Origin: Octopus sinensis
Taxonomy: Eukaryota
NCBI RefSeq assembly: GCF_006345805.1
Contig: NC_043008.1
Span: 37,758,001 to 37,822,000, forward strand
DNA length: 64,000 nucleotides
Reading direction: 5' to 3'
Shown: piece by piece, positions 12,766 to 25,897 of the stretch
Position numbering within the stretch: the first letter of the stretch is position 1
Layout: the number at the start of each line of letters is the position of its first letter
Translations under genes and position numbers: made by a program
Notes under the pieces: generated by a model
Told to the model about the DNA's origin: nothing
The model's database searches: none
Seen by the model: only the letters and a program-made list of their open reading frames with translations

Positions 12766-13451
12766 TTACAAAATTATTTACCAAATTCTCCATTGTTTAA
12801 AAATTATTTGAAAGAAAGGCATTCTATGTCTACAGAAATATGGTAACAAAAACAAGAATCTGCATCGTAGCATCACGCATGGAATGGACTTTGGTCTATG
12901 GATTATTTCTTACAACTCTAGCATCAATAGTATATATTTATTTCATTGTTTGCTTCCATCAAATTCAAATATTGTTTTCTTGTCTAGCGCAAGTCATTTT
13001 TACAGCCCGATGCTCTGCCTACTGCTAACCATTCAACTGTCATAAAACGTTTCCAAAGACATCATGCAACATATGTAGACTATTAAATTAAATTAAACTC
13101 AAAATATGTAAACATATTCTAGTATATTCTAGTCTTGTTGAAAAAAGAATTTCCAATCTATAACCCAAATGTAAAGAGAGATACCAAGTTTAGTAGACTT
13201 TCTTTTAACTCACGAATGTTTTCGCAGTGAGACCAAAATATGCTTCAGTATATTTATCCAAACAAACTATAATTCAATCAACCAGTCTGTGTATTGTATA
13301 ACCCTGGATGGGAAACTTTCCTTAAGATATTTTTGTCAATTTCATGCCAATAGTTGTTCTATATAAATATAAATATATATATACACATACATATATACGA
13401 AAACACACACACACACACATATATATATATACATATATGCATACATACACC

Positions 13452-13511
<60 letters not shown>

Positions 13512-13604
13512 TATACATATACATATACAGACATATACAGACATATACAGACATATATATACATATATACATATATGTATACATATATACATATACGTAT
13601 ATAT

Positions 13605-13795
13605 AGGGAGAATTCACAAAGAAACAAAAGACGAAGACAGGTGGTGTAGACTACAAACAGATGTATTAGTATAATGCTTGGGAATTGAAAAAGTTTTTAA
13701 CGTTTCAAGCCTACGCTCTTCCTCAGAAAGGAACACAGAAAGAAACAAGGAGAGAAAATAAAGAATGTGTAGTGGCTAGCGATCTATCATGGCGA
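13605..13795 (-). mobile_element. Penelope-like terminal fragment
   Basis: Contains the hammerhead motif listed next. A related copy lies in opposite orientation at 15900-16095. Confidence 0.65.
13696..13729 (-). ncRNA. Minimal hammerhead ribozyme motif
   Basis: Minus strand TTT-CTGAGGA-A-GAGC-GTAG-GCTT-GAAAC-GT-T-AAA. Core intact apart from one extra A; palindromic ACGT stem III; stem I only 3 bp. Confidence 0.6.
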
Positions 13796-13896
13796 ATATA
13801 CACATAGATACACACACATATATATATGTATACTCTTTTACTCTTTTGCTTGTTTCAGTCATTTGACAGTGGCCATGCTGGAGCATGTATATAAAT

Positions 13897-13959
<63 letters not shown>

Positions 13960-14147
13960 GTATATATACATACATACATACATACATACATATATTTATT
14001 TATTTCTATATATGTATACATATATATAAATATGCACACATATCTATATATATACATATATATATTTATATACATACATATACATATATAAATATATGAA
14101 TATATATACATAGAGAGAGAGACAGACAGACAGACAGAAAAAGACAT

Positions 14148-14202
<55 letters not shown>

Positions 14203-14851
14203 CATTTATATACACACACATGCAGCAACTGTATGGATGCCTAGGCAACTACTTAAAGAGTTTAAAGAAGCAGAAGTCTTCCACTACGCTGGTGTACGAT
14301 TCTAGACAGAATGAAATAACCAAACTTTGGCTTTTGAATGAATGCACTTTCTTACTACCTCTAATTTTCAAAGCTTGAAAATTATTTCAAAACCTAAAAT
14401 ACATCTAAATATATACCTTGTTGTTTACACCTAAGTCAGCACTGAATGAGCAAACCTAACACCAATGTAATTCTTGTTGTGACAAATCCCATTGTTCGCT
14501 TTCTTTCTTTCTTTCTTTATTTTTTCAGACATTGTTTACATGAAATCACATCATCCATTGTATTGACTTTTTCTAAATAGTAGCATACGATTTAATATAG
14601 AGTTAGCTGTTATTTCTAGCAGGTTCTGTTGCCATGAGAAACTCACATATTGAATCATATATTAGTGATAATGTTTTGGAAATGATTTTTAACTGCATCC
14701 TGTTGTGAGGCCCTGGTGTGAAAGGTCAACGGTTTTGTGGAGTGTGGAACCATTACTTGGTCATTATTGTCTCCAGGTCTATTCTCACCAGATTAGTAGC
14801 ACTTGTTAGGGTCCCAGCTATAGGTTAATTAACATGTAAACTACTAAGAGT

Positions 14852-15155
14852 GGAGGCACGATGGCCCAGTAGTCAGGGCAGTGGCCTCTCGGTCAGAGGA
14901 TCGCGGTTTCGATTCCCAGACTGAGCGTTGTGTGTGTTTATTGAGCAAAAACACCTAAAAGCTCCACGAGGCTCCGGCAGGGGGTAGTGGCGACCCCTGT
15001 TGTACTCTTTCGCCCCAAATTTCTATCACTCTCTCTTCATGTTTCTTGAGTAATGCTGCGATGGACTGGTGTCCCGTCCAGCTGGGGGGAACACATATTC
15101 CACAGAAACTGGGAAACCAGGCCCATGAACCTGGCTAGGCTTGAAGAGGGTGATG
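14852..15155 (+). mobile_element. tRNA-headed SINE (family C head, family D-type tail) with TSD
   Basis: TSD AAACTACTAAGAGT (14838-14851) / AAACTACTGAGAGT (15156-15169); B-box-like GGTTTCGATTCC. Confidence 0.85.
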
Positions 15156-15204
15156 AAACTACTGAGAGTAAAGGCTTCCTAGTTGTCATTAGAACTTCCT
15201 TCTA

Positions 15205-15252
<48 letters not shown>

Positions 15253-15899
15253 ACATCTATCTCCTTTACAGAAGCGCATGTTTCTGTCCTCATTCTTGTT
15301 AACGCTCTCTCTCCCTCTCTCTTTTTCTTTCTTTTTATATCTCTGTCCCTTTCTTTCTCTCTCTCTCTCATGCACATGTGTGTAAGAATGAGTATGTGAT
15401 GAGTTTTTTCAAGAGCTTTGTTAAAAGGAAACAAAGAGAGAAAGAATGAAAGAAAGAAAGACAGGAAGAAGAACAAGGAAGAGAGAGAGAACGAGAAAAG
15501 AAAGGACAAAGAAAAGGAGAAAGAAAGAAGAAAGCAAGACAGAGAGTGAGAGAGAGAGCAGGGTGGCTCCTGTGATGGTTTGAATTGTATTCATCTGGTC
15601 AGTTTTTAGTTTTTGTCAAATTAGTTTTAGCCAATGTTTTGAAAACATCTCTCTTTCTCTTTTCCTCTATTTTATTATATCCATGTTAACATGTATGTAT
15701 ATATACACATACATACACTTACACATATACTCACAATATGTGATGCAACACACACACACATCCATCAACTGTTCCCCACACACATGTGCTTTTATATATA
15801 TTCACACAAATTATACATGCATACATATATGCATTTATACATATGTATGCACATACAAACACACATACACATGTATGTCTGCATGCATATTGTATGCCA

Positions 15900-16095
15900 T
15901 CAAAGTGTTTTGAGTGTTAGTCATGGATTGAGAAAGTCCACATCTTTTTCTCTCTCTATTGTTTTCTTACTTTTCTCCACTTTCCCCCCTCTCATTCCTT
16001 TCTGTCAAAGAGCACAGGCTCGAAATATGAAAGACTTTGCTATTCTTCCGAGCATCAAACTAATACACTTGCTTGTTATTCCTACACCTGTCTTC
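15900..16095 (+). mobile_element. Decayed Penelope-like terminal fragment (same family as 13605-13795)
   Basis: CTGTCAA-A-GAGC-ACAG-GCTC-GAAA at 16002-16025 and a shared downstream TACTAATACA..CACCTGTCTTC segment. Confidence 0.6.
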
Positions 16096-16119
16096 ATATT
16101 TGTTTTTCTATAGATTTAA

Positions 16120-16150
<31 letters not shown>

Positions 16151-16239
16151 AGGCAGTTCCATTTTTGGTGAATATAATATAAAATGTGTCTGTTTTAGGC
16201 AATTTTATATATAACTTTATATGACTGATAATTTCATAC

Positions 16240-16510
16240 TAGTGGTCATAGAAAAATCCTTGCGAGTGGATTTGGTAGACGGAAGCTGAAAGAAGTGTAT
16301 ATATTTGTGTGTCTGTGTTTGTCCCCCCGACATTGCTTGACAACCAATGCTGGTGTGTTTACATCCCCGTAACTTAGCAGTTTGGCAAAAGAGACAGATA
16401 GAATAAGTACTAGGCTTACAAGAAATAAGTCGTGAGATCGATTTGTTCGACTAAAGGCGGTGCTCCAGCAGGGCCACAGTCACATGACTGAAACAAGTAA
16501 AGAGTAAGAG
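16240..16510 (+). mobile_element. 3' part of SINE family B
   Basis: GAGTGGATTTGGTAGACGGAAGCTGAAAGAAG ... GACTGAAACAAGTAAAGAGTAAGAG tail. Confidence 0.85.
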
Positions 16511-16667
16511 TATTTCTAGTACCATTTGATGAACAATAAAGTTCTCAAAACTGAACAGTTTACAGCAGAAGACTTACTATAGGATAACCTCATGAAACAT
16601 TTGATTCATATCAAGTACCAGAAGTTGACTCTTTCTGTTTATTCTTTCATGGTACTAATTTAAATAA

Positions 16668-17020
16668 TAATAATAATGAAATTATTGTATACAGTGCTCA
16701 GGTGCACCACAACTTATCAGAAAGTGCGTATAAAGTATATGCAGTAATGTACAAATGTCTGGAAAGCGAACAATGTATGAGTCAAATACATGCTTGTGTG
16801 TGTATGGAGGGAAGAAAATCAGGTGTAGTGTTGGCGAATCTCAGAAATCATGGAAGTTTTGAAGGATGCAGTGCTCTGACAACTAACAACTAATGCCGGC
16901 AGTTTGTTCCATGCTTCAGCAACTCTCAGCGTGAAAAAATGTTTCCTAAAGTCATGGGAGCTGTGCTGTTTTCTGACTTTGTAAATATGTCCACGGGTGT
17001 TAGACGGGTGGAGTTTAATG
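16668..17020 (-). mobile_element. CR1-type LINE 3' end
   Basis: Minus translation KLHPSNTRGHIYKVRKQHSSHDFRKHFFTLRVAEAWNKLPALVVSCQSTASFKTSM carries the CR1/L2 C-terminal TRGH..FF..RV..WN.LP motif; (ATT)n tail. Confidence 0.85.
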
Positions 17021-17786
17021 TTATAGCCCCTAATAACTCATAATTTATATGGACATTTGTTGAGCACTTTGGTGAGGAATATTTCACTAAGGCTATGGAG
17101 CACATCCACATTTTGTTAACCAGTATGTATCCCCCTTGGATGTTAATTCCATGTTAAGTAATTTGAGACAGTGTATTCATATAAATCCAGATAGTACTGT
17201 AATATAGTAACTGGTTTGTTAGTTACAGTTTTAGTTAATTACTTACATGTAAGCTATAGACATTTGATGAAATAGCTGGAATGAATTCCATTGTATCAAA
17301 TTATAGAAGTGCAATGATTGATTTTTATGACATTGATTCCATTACACATCAGAAGCTATAAAAGAGACTTGGACAATGATTTCCAAACTCAGACAACAGA
17401 GATTAACTTTTCAATTATGTTTTATATATAACTTATAGTGTATAATTGCTATCACCATTATAGAATCCCTTGTGGTTTTAGTTACACATCAAATTGGTGA
17501 TGTAATTCTACGAATGGAACATTTAGCATTGGATGAACTATTGCAATTCAATCATCAGAAAGTCACTTTGCAACTGTGCAGTTACAAGTTCACTTCCACT
17601 GCTCAGTGATTTGGACAATTTGACTTCTACTGCAGCTGCAAATAAACCAAAGTCTTTAGAGTGAAATTTGATTGATGGAAAATGAGTGGAAGCCTGTAAG
17701 AAGAAATGATTGTGTCTTTGAGTGGTAGACTTCCTCTACCACCCAGTTTAACACCACTTCCTGGCCTTTGGGTGTTTTTAACAAAA

Positions 17787-18024
17787 TTCTTATTTCTTTA
17801 TTGCCCACAAAGGGCTAAACATAGAGGGGTACATAAAAAGGACAGACAAAGGGATTAAGTCGATTACATCGACCCCACTGCATAACTGGTACTTAATTTA
17901 TCGACCCCAAAAGGATGAAAGGCAAAGTCGACTTCAGCGGAATTTGAACTCAGAACATAACGGCAGACGAAATACTGCTAAGCATTTCGCCCGGCATGCT
18001 TATGATTCTGCCAGCTCGCTGCCT
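17787..18024 (-). mobile_element. Full-length SINE family A
   Basis: Head GAAGGCAGCGAGCTGGCAGAATC, B-box-like GAGTTCAAATTCC, central CTTTGCCTTTCATCCTTTTGGGGTCGATAAATTAAGTACCAG, tail GGGCAATAAAGAAATAAG. Confidence 0.9.
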
Positions 18025-18880
18025 TCATTTTTAACAGAAACCTTTCTGTTGTTAAATTAAGGACAAGTTTCCAATTTGCAAAGACTCTGAGAGGGGTCAC
18101 AGGAGTTGTTCTTCCTCCACTTACTATACGATTGAAAGAAAAAAAAAGGACAAATTCCTGCTCAGACTGAAAACATGGATCTTGGTTTTGTGCCTTTGCA
18201 AGGTCCACAAGAAGAATTGAATTTGGCAATGCAAATTCACAAATTATTTAATCACAATACTCCAGCATGGTCACAGTTTAGTGACTGAAATAAGAAAATG
18301 GATATGCTTTCGTAAAATAGTAAGCATGAAACATTGTCTGCAATTTATGACAATGTGCAAGATGAGCTGCTAATAATCCTAATTATAATTGATTTAAATT
18401 ACGTGGAAGGGTTCTTTCACTTCTCAAAGTGATTCTTGCCTACAAGTCTCCCAAGATATAGTTAAAGTGAGGCCTGTATATCTGAAGGGAACAGTTAGAT
18501 GCAGGAGTTGTCAAGAGAGTCAGCAATGCTAGACTCAAAAGCCTTAATGAGATCTCACCACAATTTGTAGGCTTTTAAAGATAGCTGCTGAACCCTTGTT
18601 TAGTTCATCCATCCTTAGAGAATGGTTTTGTATTTTTGTCTGTTTAAGTTGACTATACACCCTGCACCCACCAAGGTTTAACCACCCCAGAGTTCTGTTC
18701 CTGCTTTATCCACTGACAGCTTGGCCAAGGAACAGAAGGTACTGGTTTACATGATTATCAGTCTGTGCATCATTTATGAAATGACTTGAGCCATGAACTG
18801 ACATGATATCTTTTTACAACTAAGTCTTGAGATTTATTAGTTTTTTGTATTAATGCCTGTTGCAACAGGAGCTGGAGTGC

Positions 18881-18909
18881 TGACCTTTTGACCTGTGACC
18901 TTTAGACCT
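18881..18909. promoter_or_regulatory. Cluster of four nuclear-receptor-type half sites (DR2-DR1-DR2 spacing)
   Basis: TGACCT-tt-TGACCT-g-TGACCT-tt-AGACCT. Function not demonstrable from sequence. Confidence 0.3.
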
Positions 18910-20269
18910 TTCAACACAGTACTAAATTTTTTCAGCTATAACAGAATGCATAATATAAAAGTTTCTGTCTTTCTTGGAATTTCCCCAGAACTTTAAAGCT
19001 TTGAGGAAATTCCTACCAACACAACTCGTTTGGATAAGAATATATATAAGTCTATTTCTTCTTCTTTATTCCTTTACTGAATATTTCTGACCTGACATCT
19101 AGCTTCTCTCTCTTGTAGCTAATTGATTTTGTTCTTTGTTTCTCACCAATTTTTCCATTTTAATCCAGGTCTGTCACTTAACTAAAATGATAAAGTAGTC
19201 ACGAATGGAATACCTGTCAATATAAGCAAAGACATCACTAAATTTTTTTTCTGGTGGGTTTGTGCTGAAGCAAATTTCTGGGTAAATTTTGTCTTTCTTT
19301 ACAAACTTATGTGCTTCTATGAGAGTATCCATCTTTAATAAAAAAAAAAGAAGCAAATTCTGTTTCTTCATGAAAAATCTCTCTCTGCGCATGTTTTCCC
19401 TTTGTGCGCTAGATGTGAAACAAGTGTGCACGCACACAAGCAAACAGCTTAGAGGGAACATTGATTTTAAACCAGCTTGATCAGAGTAGACCTGGGGCTC
19501 AATAGCAACAACAACAGCAACAGCAACAACAGTAATAACATCTTTCTGTATATTAGGAATTTCTTCTTGGTATATATCTTTCTTTTTATCATTTTTTCTT
19601 TCAATTTTTCTGGGTTTTTTTTTTTACTTTATAGGATGTCATTTTGAGAGGAAGATTTAATAATTTGATTTAGAAGTTTTCCTCACACAAGCACCACCAC
19701 CACCACCACCAATGTTAGCACCACCACCAACAGCAGCAGCAGCACCACTACCACAATCACCACAGCCACCACCACAATTAACATTGTGCGATTCATAAAT
19801 GCTGTCGATTGATGAAGAAAATAATTACACAAATACGCATATAAGCACATATACATAAACACAAAAAAACAAAAAGTACAAATAAAGCAAAACACATACG
19901 AAGACAGAAAAAAAAATACAAACAATAGTTAAAAATATTAACACAACAAAGTGTAAAAATCTGAAGTCAATGATGAGTTTCTGACCAAATTATTTTATAC
20001 TTTGATCTTCGATTTTCGTTCCCACACAGTTGTAATTACAAGAAGCCCTATTGGACTTTCATCAAGCTAATCAAATGAAATTCACAATTCTCAATTTGAA
20101 TGTTAATTGTCCCATTTATACTCAACGATTTTCATTGCACTGCACACTTGTGTTTTATGTGTGAATATATGTGTATATTATGTTGTGTATGTGTTTGCAT
20201 ATGTGTATATGTCTCTGTGTGTATGTTCATGCATCCACAAATCTGAATTTATATGTAGTTATATATATA

Positions 20270-20273
20270 TAAG

Positions 20274-20330
<57 letters not shown>

Positions 20331-20452
20331 ATATGCATATATACATGCATACATGCATACACACAGATACTCGGTCAAAAGCAAATATATATATATGCAT
20401 ACACACATCCACACATACATATCTATCTATCTATCTATCTATCTAACTATCT

Positions 20453-20508
<56 letters not shown>

Positions 20509-20556
20509 GGAAAGAGAGGGTGAGAGTGAGGAGAGATTGATAGTTAGTTAGTTAGT

Positions 20557-20619
<63 letters not shown>

Positions 20620-20661
20620 TTAGCTAGATAGATAGATTGTTAGATAGATAAATAGATAGAT

Positions 20662-20723
<62 letters not shown>

Positions 20724-20730
20724 ATAGATG

Positions 20731-20792
<62 letters not shown>

Positions 20793-20795
20793 GGG
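20270..20795. repeat. Compound microsatellite with a long (GATA)n tract (about 20540-20790)
   Basis: Direct observation. Confidence 0.95.
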
Positions 20796-21607
20796 GAGAG
20801 AATAAAGGAGAAGGAAAATAAGGAATAAATATTCATTTCTGTAGAGAATGCATTTTCTTAGAAATGCTGATAGGAACAAAAAGAAAGGTAAAAGTAAATT
20901 TTTGTCTTGAAGCTAGCAGAAATATTGTTGCTTTAAGATTGCTGTTAGTTTATTTTATTGGTATTATTTATTTGTAACTATATATGGGAAAACAAAGATG
21001 GAGTTAATAATATAATTTTTGCTGTTGTTGTTTTCTAGTTTGTTTTTGTGTTTTTTTTTCATGTTTTTATATTTTATCCGGAAATTAGTCTTTGCAAGGA
21101 AATTTTCTCTTTTTTGCCCGAAGTTAATACAAATTTTATTTAGTTGTGTGTATTGGTTGAATAAACTTGTGTTTCTTACTTAATGTGTGAGAAATACACA
21201 GTCAACACAACCAATCAACAGAGCAAGTTAATTAGGGGGAAGATGAATTTGTATTGTTATTTAAAGGAAAGTGAAGTGAAATGATAGAGAAGAAAGAAAA
21301 AAAAAACAAAAAGAAAAGAAATCGAAAATAGAAAAAGTCAGAAACAATCAGGATTTATAAATGGATAAAGGTGATACAAAAATTGAACCTTCGATGTGAG
21401 GTTTAAACTAGCAGTGATTAATAATCTCTGAAAATTAAATGATTTTATGTATTGTTGCCATAGAAGGAGGAAAGTGCAAAAACTGAATAAAAGGTCTTGA
21501 TGAAGACTATGTCATGGAGAACAAATTATATATTAATAACAATAACTATTTTGTTTCACAACTATATTGACTTCAGGTTCAGACCCATTGTGTGGTACTG
21601 TCGACAA

Positions 21608-21909
21608 GTTCCTTCCTTCTCGAGCCATGCCTGTCTCATAAGGGCCGGTTTCCTGGTTTCCTTGGTGTATAGGTTCCCCACCTGGACAGGACGCCGGTCT
21701 ATTGCAGGTGGGCTGCAAGATGCAGGAGGAAAGAGTGAGAGAAAGTTGTGGCAAAAGAGTTAGCAGAAGTTCACCATTACCTTCTGCCGGAGCCGTGTGG
21801 AGCTTAGGTGTTTCGCTCATAAACACACACATCACCCAGTCTGAGATTCGAACCCATGATCCCTCAACCGTGAGTCCGCTGCTCTAACCACTAAGCCATG
21901 TGCCTTCAC
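21608..21909 (-). mobile_element. SINE family C (tail type 2)
   Basis: Closely matches 41942-42242; tRNA-like head GTGAAGGCACATGGCTTAGTGGTTAGAGCAGCGGACTC. Confidence 0.9.
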
Positions 21910-22426
21910 AACCTTGGACAAGTGAGTTCTACTAAAGCCCTGAGCTGCTCAAAAGCATTGTGAGTGGATTTGTTAGACAGAAATTGAAAGCTACAATAAA
22001 TTATATCCTTCAGATTGCTCCCTCACAACCACCATCGCTGCACTTCATAACACTAGAATATATGACCCCTACAATGTCCAGTTAACATCAGGTGGACAAA
22101 TCCCACAACTTTCCCTATAACACCTACAATAAAACTATGCAGTCTCAAACGTCCTTTGTGTCCTGCCCTTTAGATAATAAATGTCTCACCAAGAACATCA
22201 TGTATAAATGCACATTCTTCATGAAGCAATCGACAGATATGGAGCCTGAACAACTCTCCAGCTGGCCATCTCCTATCAAACTGTCCAACCCTTGCCAGCA
22301 TAGAAAAGGGCCGTTAAATGATGATGATGATGATGCATGTGTTTATATATACGTGTGGATGAGTGATTACCTTATGTGTGCATGTATGCACATATATGTT
22401 CGTCTGTATATATGTTTGTATACACA

Positions 22427-22474
<48 letters not shown>

Positions 22475-22573
22475 GCCTCAGGTTTGAATATCTTGAGCAC
22501 TTCAGAGTGAGGTCTATGCTTTGGAGAAAATCTTTTCCCTTATAATCATATATACTTTCTTTCTTTTATATAT

Positions 22574-22978
22574 ACAGGAGTGGCTGTGTGGTAAATAGCT
22601 TGTTTACAAACCACATGGTCCCGGGTTCAGTCCCACTATGTGGAACCTTGGGCAAGTGTCTTCTACTATAGCCTCGGGCCGACCAAAGCCTTGTGAGTGG
22701 ATTTGGTAGATGGAAACTGAAAGAAGCCCGTCGTATATATGTATATATATATATGTGTGTGCATGTTTGTGTGTCTGTGCTTGTCCCCCTAGCATTGCTT
22801 GACAACCGATGCTGGTGTGTTTATGTCCCCGTTACTTAGCAGTTCGGCAAATGAGACCGATAGAATAAGTACTGGGCTTACAAAAGAATAAGTCCTGGGG
22901 TCGAGTTGCTCGATTAAAGGTGGTGCTCCAGCATGGCCGCAGTCAAATGACTGAAACAAGTAAAAAAGGAAAAGAGTA
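22574..22978 (+). mobile_element. Full-length SINE family B (tRNA head + CORE-like CCTTGGGCAAGT + internal (TA/TG)n)
   Basis: GGAGTGGCTGTGTGGTAA..CCGGGTTCAGTCCC..CCTTGGGCAAGTGTCTT; many copies in the window. Confidence 0.9.
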
Positions 22979-23016
22979 TACATATATATGTATATATATA
23001 TATATATATATATACG

Positions 23017-23581
23017 AATAAGGAGCAAATAATTCTGGAGTGAAGGAGGGAATATTTGCTAAAATATTATTAACTCTATTATTATCTAGGGTAATATGAG
23101 TAAATTGATAATAACAGAATTAATAACATAGGCAATTGCAAGTCCCAAAAATGCATTAAATAGCTGAAGGATTAAAATTTATATTAATCAAAGGACATAC
23201 TGAGTATGTCTACCTGCTGGAAATAACAGTCAAAACTCTTATTTAAACCACCGAAAAAATACTAGAAAATATATAACTGGATGCTATATAGGTATATTGG
23301 CCTGTTTGCTCACATATTGTTGACTGCTGTAGTTATTATCAGTGTTATTTTTCCAGCAGTTTAGATAAGAGATTTGACTGTTATTTCCAGGAGGTAGACA
23401 TACTCAGTATGTCCTTTGATTAATATAAATTTCAATCTTTCAGCTATTGAATGCTTTTTTGGGCCTGCAAGCACCTATATTATTAATTCTGTTATTATCA
23501 ATTTACTCATATTCCCCTAGATAATAATAGAGTTAATAACATCTTTGCAAATATTCATTCCTGAATTATTTTCTCCTTATT
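23017..23581. repeat. Foldback: ~250-bp inverted arms with ~75-bp spacer (MITE-like or Penelope-like)
   Basis: AATAAGGAG..(23017) pairs with ..CTCCTTATT(23581). Partial third copy at 23745-23935. Confidence 0.85.
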
Positions 23582-24232
23582 GGAGTTCTTTTCACACTGA
23601 GAATATTATGATTTTGCACAAGGCAAATCAGTGCATCACAGACTTCAATGTGACAGGTTAGGATATTTTTTTCATTGTGGCAACACGTGCTGAGGAGGGT
23701 AAGGCTATAATGCCAATTTGGAAACCCGTCCACGTGAGTTCAAATACCAGAAAATATATTGCTGGATGCTATATAGGTATGTGAATGATTTTCTTGACCA
23801 GTTTGCTCATGTATGGTTGACTTATGTAGTTATTATCAGTATTATTTTTTTGGTGGTTTAAATATGATTTTTTGACTGTTATTTCCAGCAGGCAGATATA
23901 CTCAGTATGTCCTTTGATTAATATAAATTTCATATATAAATACATATATTTATGCATGTATACATGTATGAGCATGTATAAAAATGTATATATGTATATG
24001 TATTGTGTTAGCAAGAAAGTAATTTCGATTTTACTGTGTGAAATAAAAGTCAATTTGTTTTTCATACAAAGAATGAACTTTAATCAATTATATATATTCC
24101 ATTTTGTTTGATGACCTTTTGCCTTCTTTCTGGCAACTTCATGATTCCATGCTCGTATAACTTCTGGTCCTGAAGCAAGTGTGATTTCAGGTCATCACCA
24201 TTAACAAATGAAAAATGAGTTATGCCTATATA

Positions 24233-25831
24233 CAGGGTGCGGTGAATATATTGTCATTTAAATTACGTAAAAATGAAAATAACACTGACATCTTATTTTA
24301 ACTGGTATATTTACCAAAATTACATAAAAATATCTTGAAATACAGTGGAGGTGCAATGGCCCAGTGGTTAGGGCAGTGAACTCGAGGTTGTAGGATCATG
24401 GTTTCGATTCCCCGACTGGTCATTGTGAGTATTTATGGAGTGAAAACACTTAAAGCTCCACGAGGCTCTGGCGATCCCAACTGTACTCTTATGCCATAAC
24501 TTTCTCTCACTCTTTCTTCTGTTGGCCTGCTCACTTAGCCAGTGGGGTGGAATCATTTGAAGTCTAAAACAATGTGAAGTGCATTGTGATCAGCGATGTG
24601 TAGCAACATTTGATAGCCTGGTTGGTCATGGTGATCACAGTGATCTTGAAATACTAAGAAGTAAATTTATTCAATAAAATCGCCATTGTCTCCAGATGAC
24701 TTCAAAATCTCCTGCAACTCTTCTGGATGGTTTCCTTGTTTAAGTTGGTCAATGCTGCCATAATCCTTGTCTTCAGTTCATCTTTAGTGTTACAAAGAGT
24801 TTTGTTAGTCTCTTGCTCAACTGTGCCCCACATAAAATAATCAAGAGTGTTGCAGTCTGGGGAAGTTACGTGGCCAGATGTTAAGGGTGATGTGATAACA
24901 GAATTTCTCTGATAGCTACGATTGGGTTCTCCTGCTTGTGGGGCATGGTGCAGATTTCTATTGCCAGACATAGGATCTTCCAGCAGCTATCCCCTTGTAC
25001 CAGAGCAGCACTACCTCCTCCAGGCACTTGATGTAGCCCTCTGTGTTGAGTCTGAGGCCATGTGGGTAGATAAATGGAGGCACAACGTTGCCATTACTAG
25101 TGATCACTCCAAACACCACGATGTTGACTGGATGTTTGATTTTTATCACTCTCATTATATGTTTTGGGGACCTGGTAAACTAATAGTTGTTCTGTGTGTT
25201 CCCCATCTGATCCTGGCAGACATTTTTCTCGTCTGAGAAAAACCAAAGCATGTTCAGTTGGAGGTTATGCTTGAGTTTGTTCAAAAGCTTCATAGCATGG
25301 TCTTTTCTCTTGTCTTTGATGGTTCAGAATAAAAATTGGCCATTTCTCAGCTTATATGAAGAATACTGAATATCTTCATGTATTACCTGCCTGATAAGAA
25401 ACTTTGACACTCCCATGTCCCTGGCAATGGACCTAATTGACTTGGAGGTGATCGTTGTCAATCTTGGCCTGGATCTCACCAAAAAATTCAGGAGTTCTTT
25501 CCTTATCAGAACAATCAGAGTGAGTTTTCTGAGCTGCCGTATCCTCATAATCAATATTAGACTCATCCAACTCTTTCTGAATCCTCTGTGCTGCCCTCAG
25601 CTGGACAGTCAAACACTCTGAAATATTTAGATTGGAGCTTCCGGCACAAATGCTAAGCAGTACAGCATGTCGTTTCCACATTTCTGGCAGAGTGGATTGT
25701 ATCGTGGTGCTGTTTTTCTCACAGATGGTGTTCAAATAACTCTACTATACAGTGTAGTCAACAAAATCAAAACAAGGTGCATGCACGAAATTAAAAGTAT
25801 GAAAGGGCAACAATTTACCCATCGCAGACTG
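24233..25831 (-). pseudogene. Decayed DD37D (maT-type) Tc1/mariner transposon, near full length
   Basis: Ends TA-CAGGGTGCG.. and CAGTCTGCGATG (rc). Translated pieces KHPVNIVVFGVITSNGNVVPPFIYPHGLRLN..VWQ and SPDCNTLDYFMWG. Many stops and frameshifts. Confidence 0.9.
24344..24642 (+). mobile_element. SINE family C (tail type 3) nested in the mariner element
   Basis: Exact 12-bp TSD ATCTTGAAATAC at 24332-24343 and 24643-24654. Confidence 0.9.
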
Positions 25832-25840
25832 CATATGTAT

Positions 25841-25897
<57 letters not shown>

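Noticed and set aside
18691-18738. 48-nt plus-strand exon candidate SSVPALSTDSLAKEQK
   Set aside because: The stronger upstream acceptor (18648) gives stops in all frames; the alternative acceptor is unsupported.
21143-21219. Pre-miRNA-like hairpin
   Set aside because: Pairing is broken by a large internal loop and bulges; stem too short and AU-rich to distinguish from chance.
11670-24642. tRNA genes suggested by A/B-box motifs (e.g. 11916, 12177, 14852, 21909, 24344)
   Set aside because: The boxes are heads of multi-copy SINEs and continue into SINE bodies; no complete cloverleaf.
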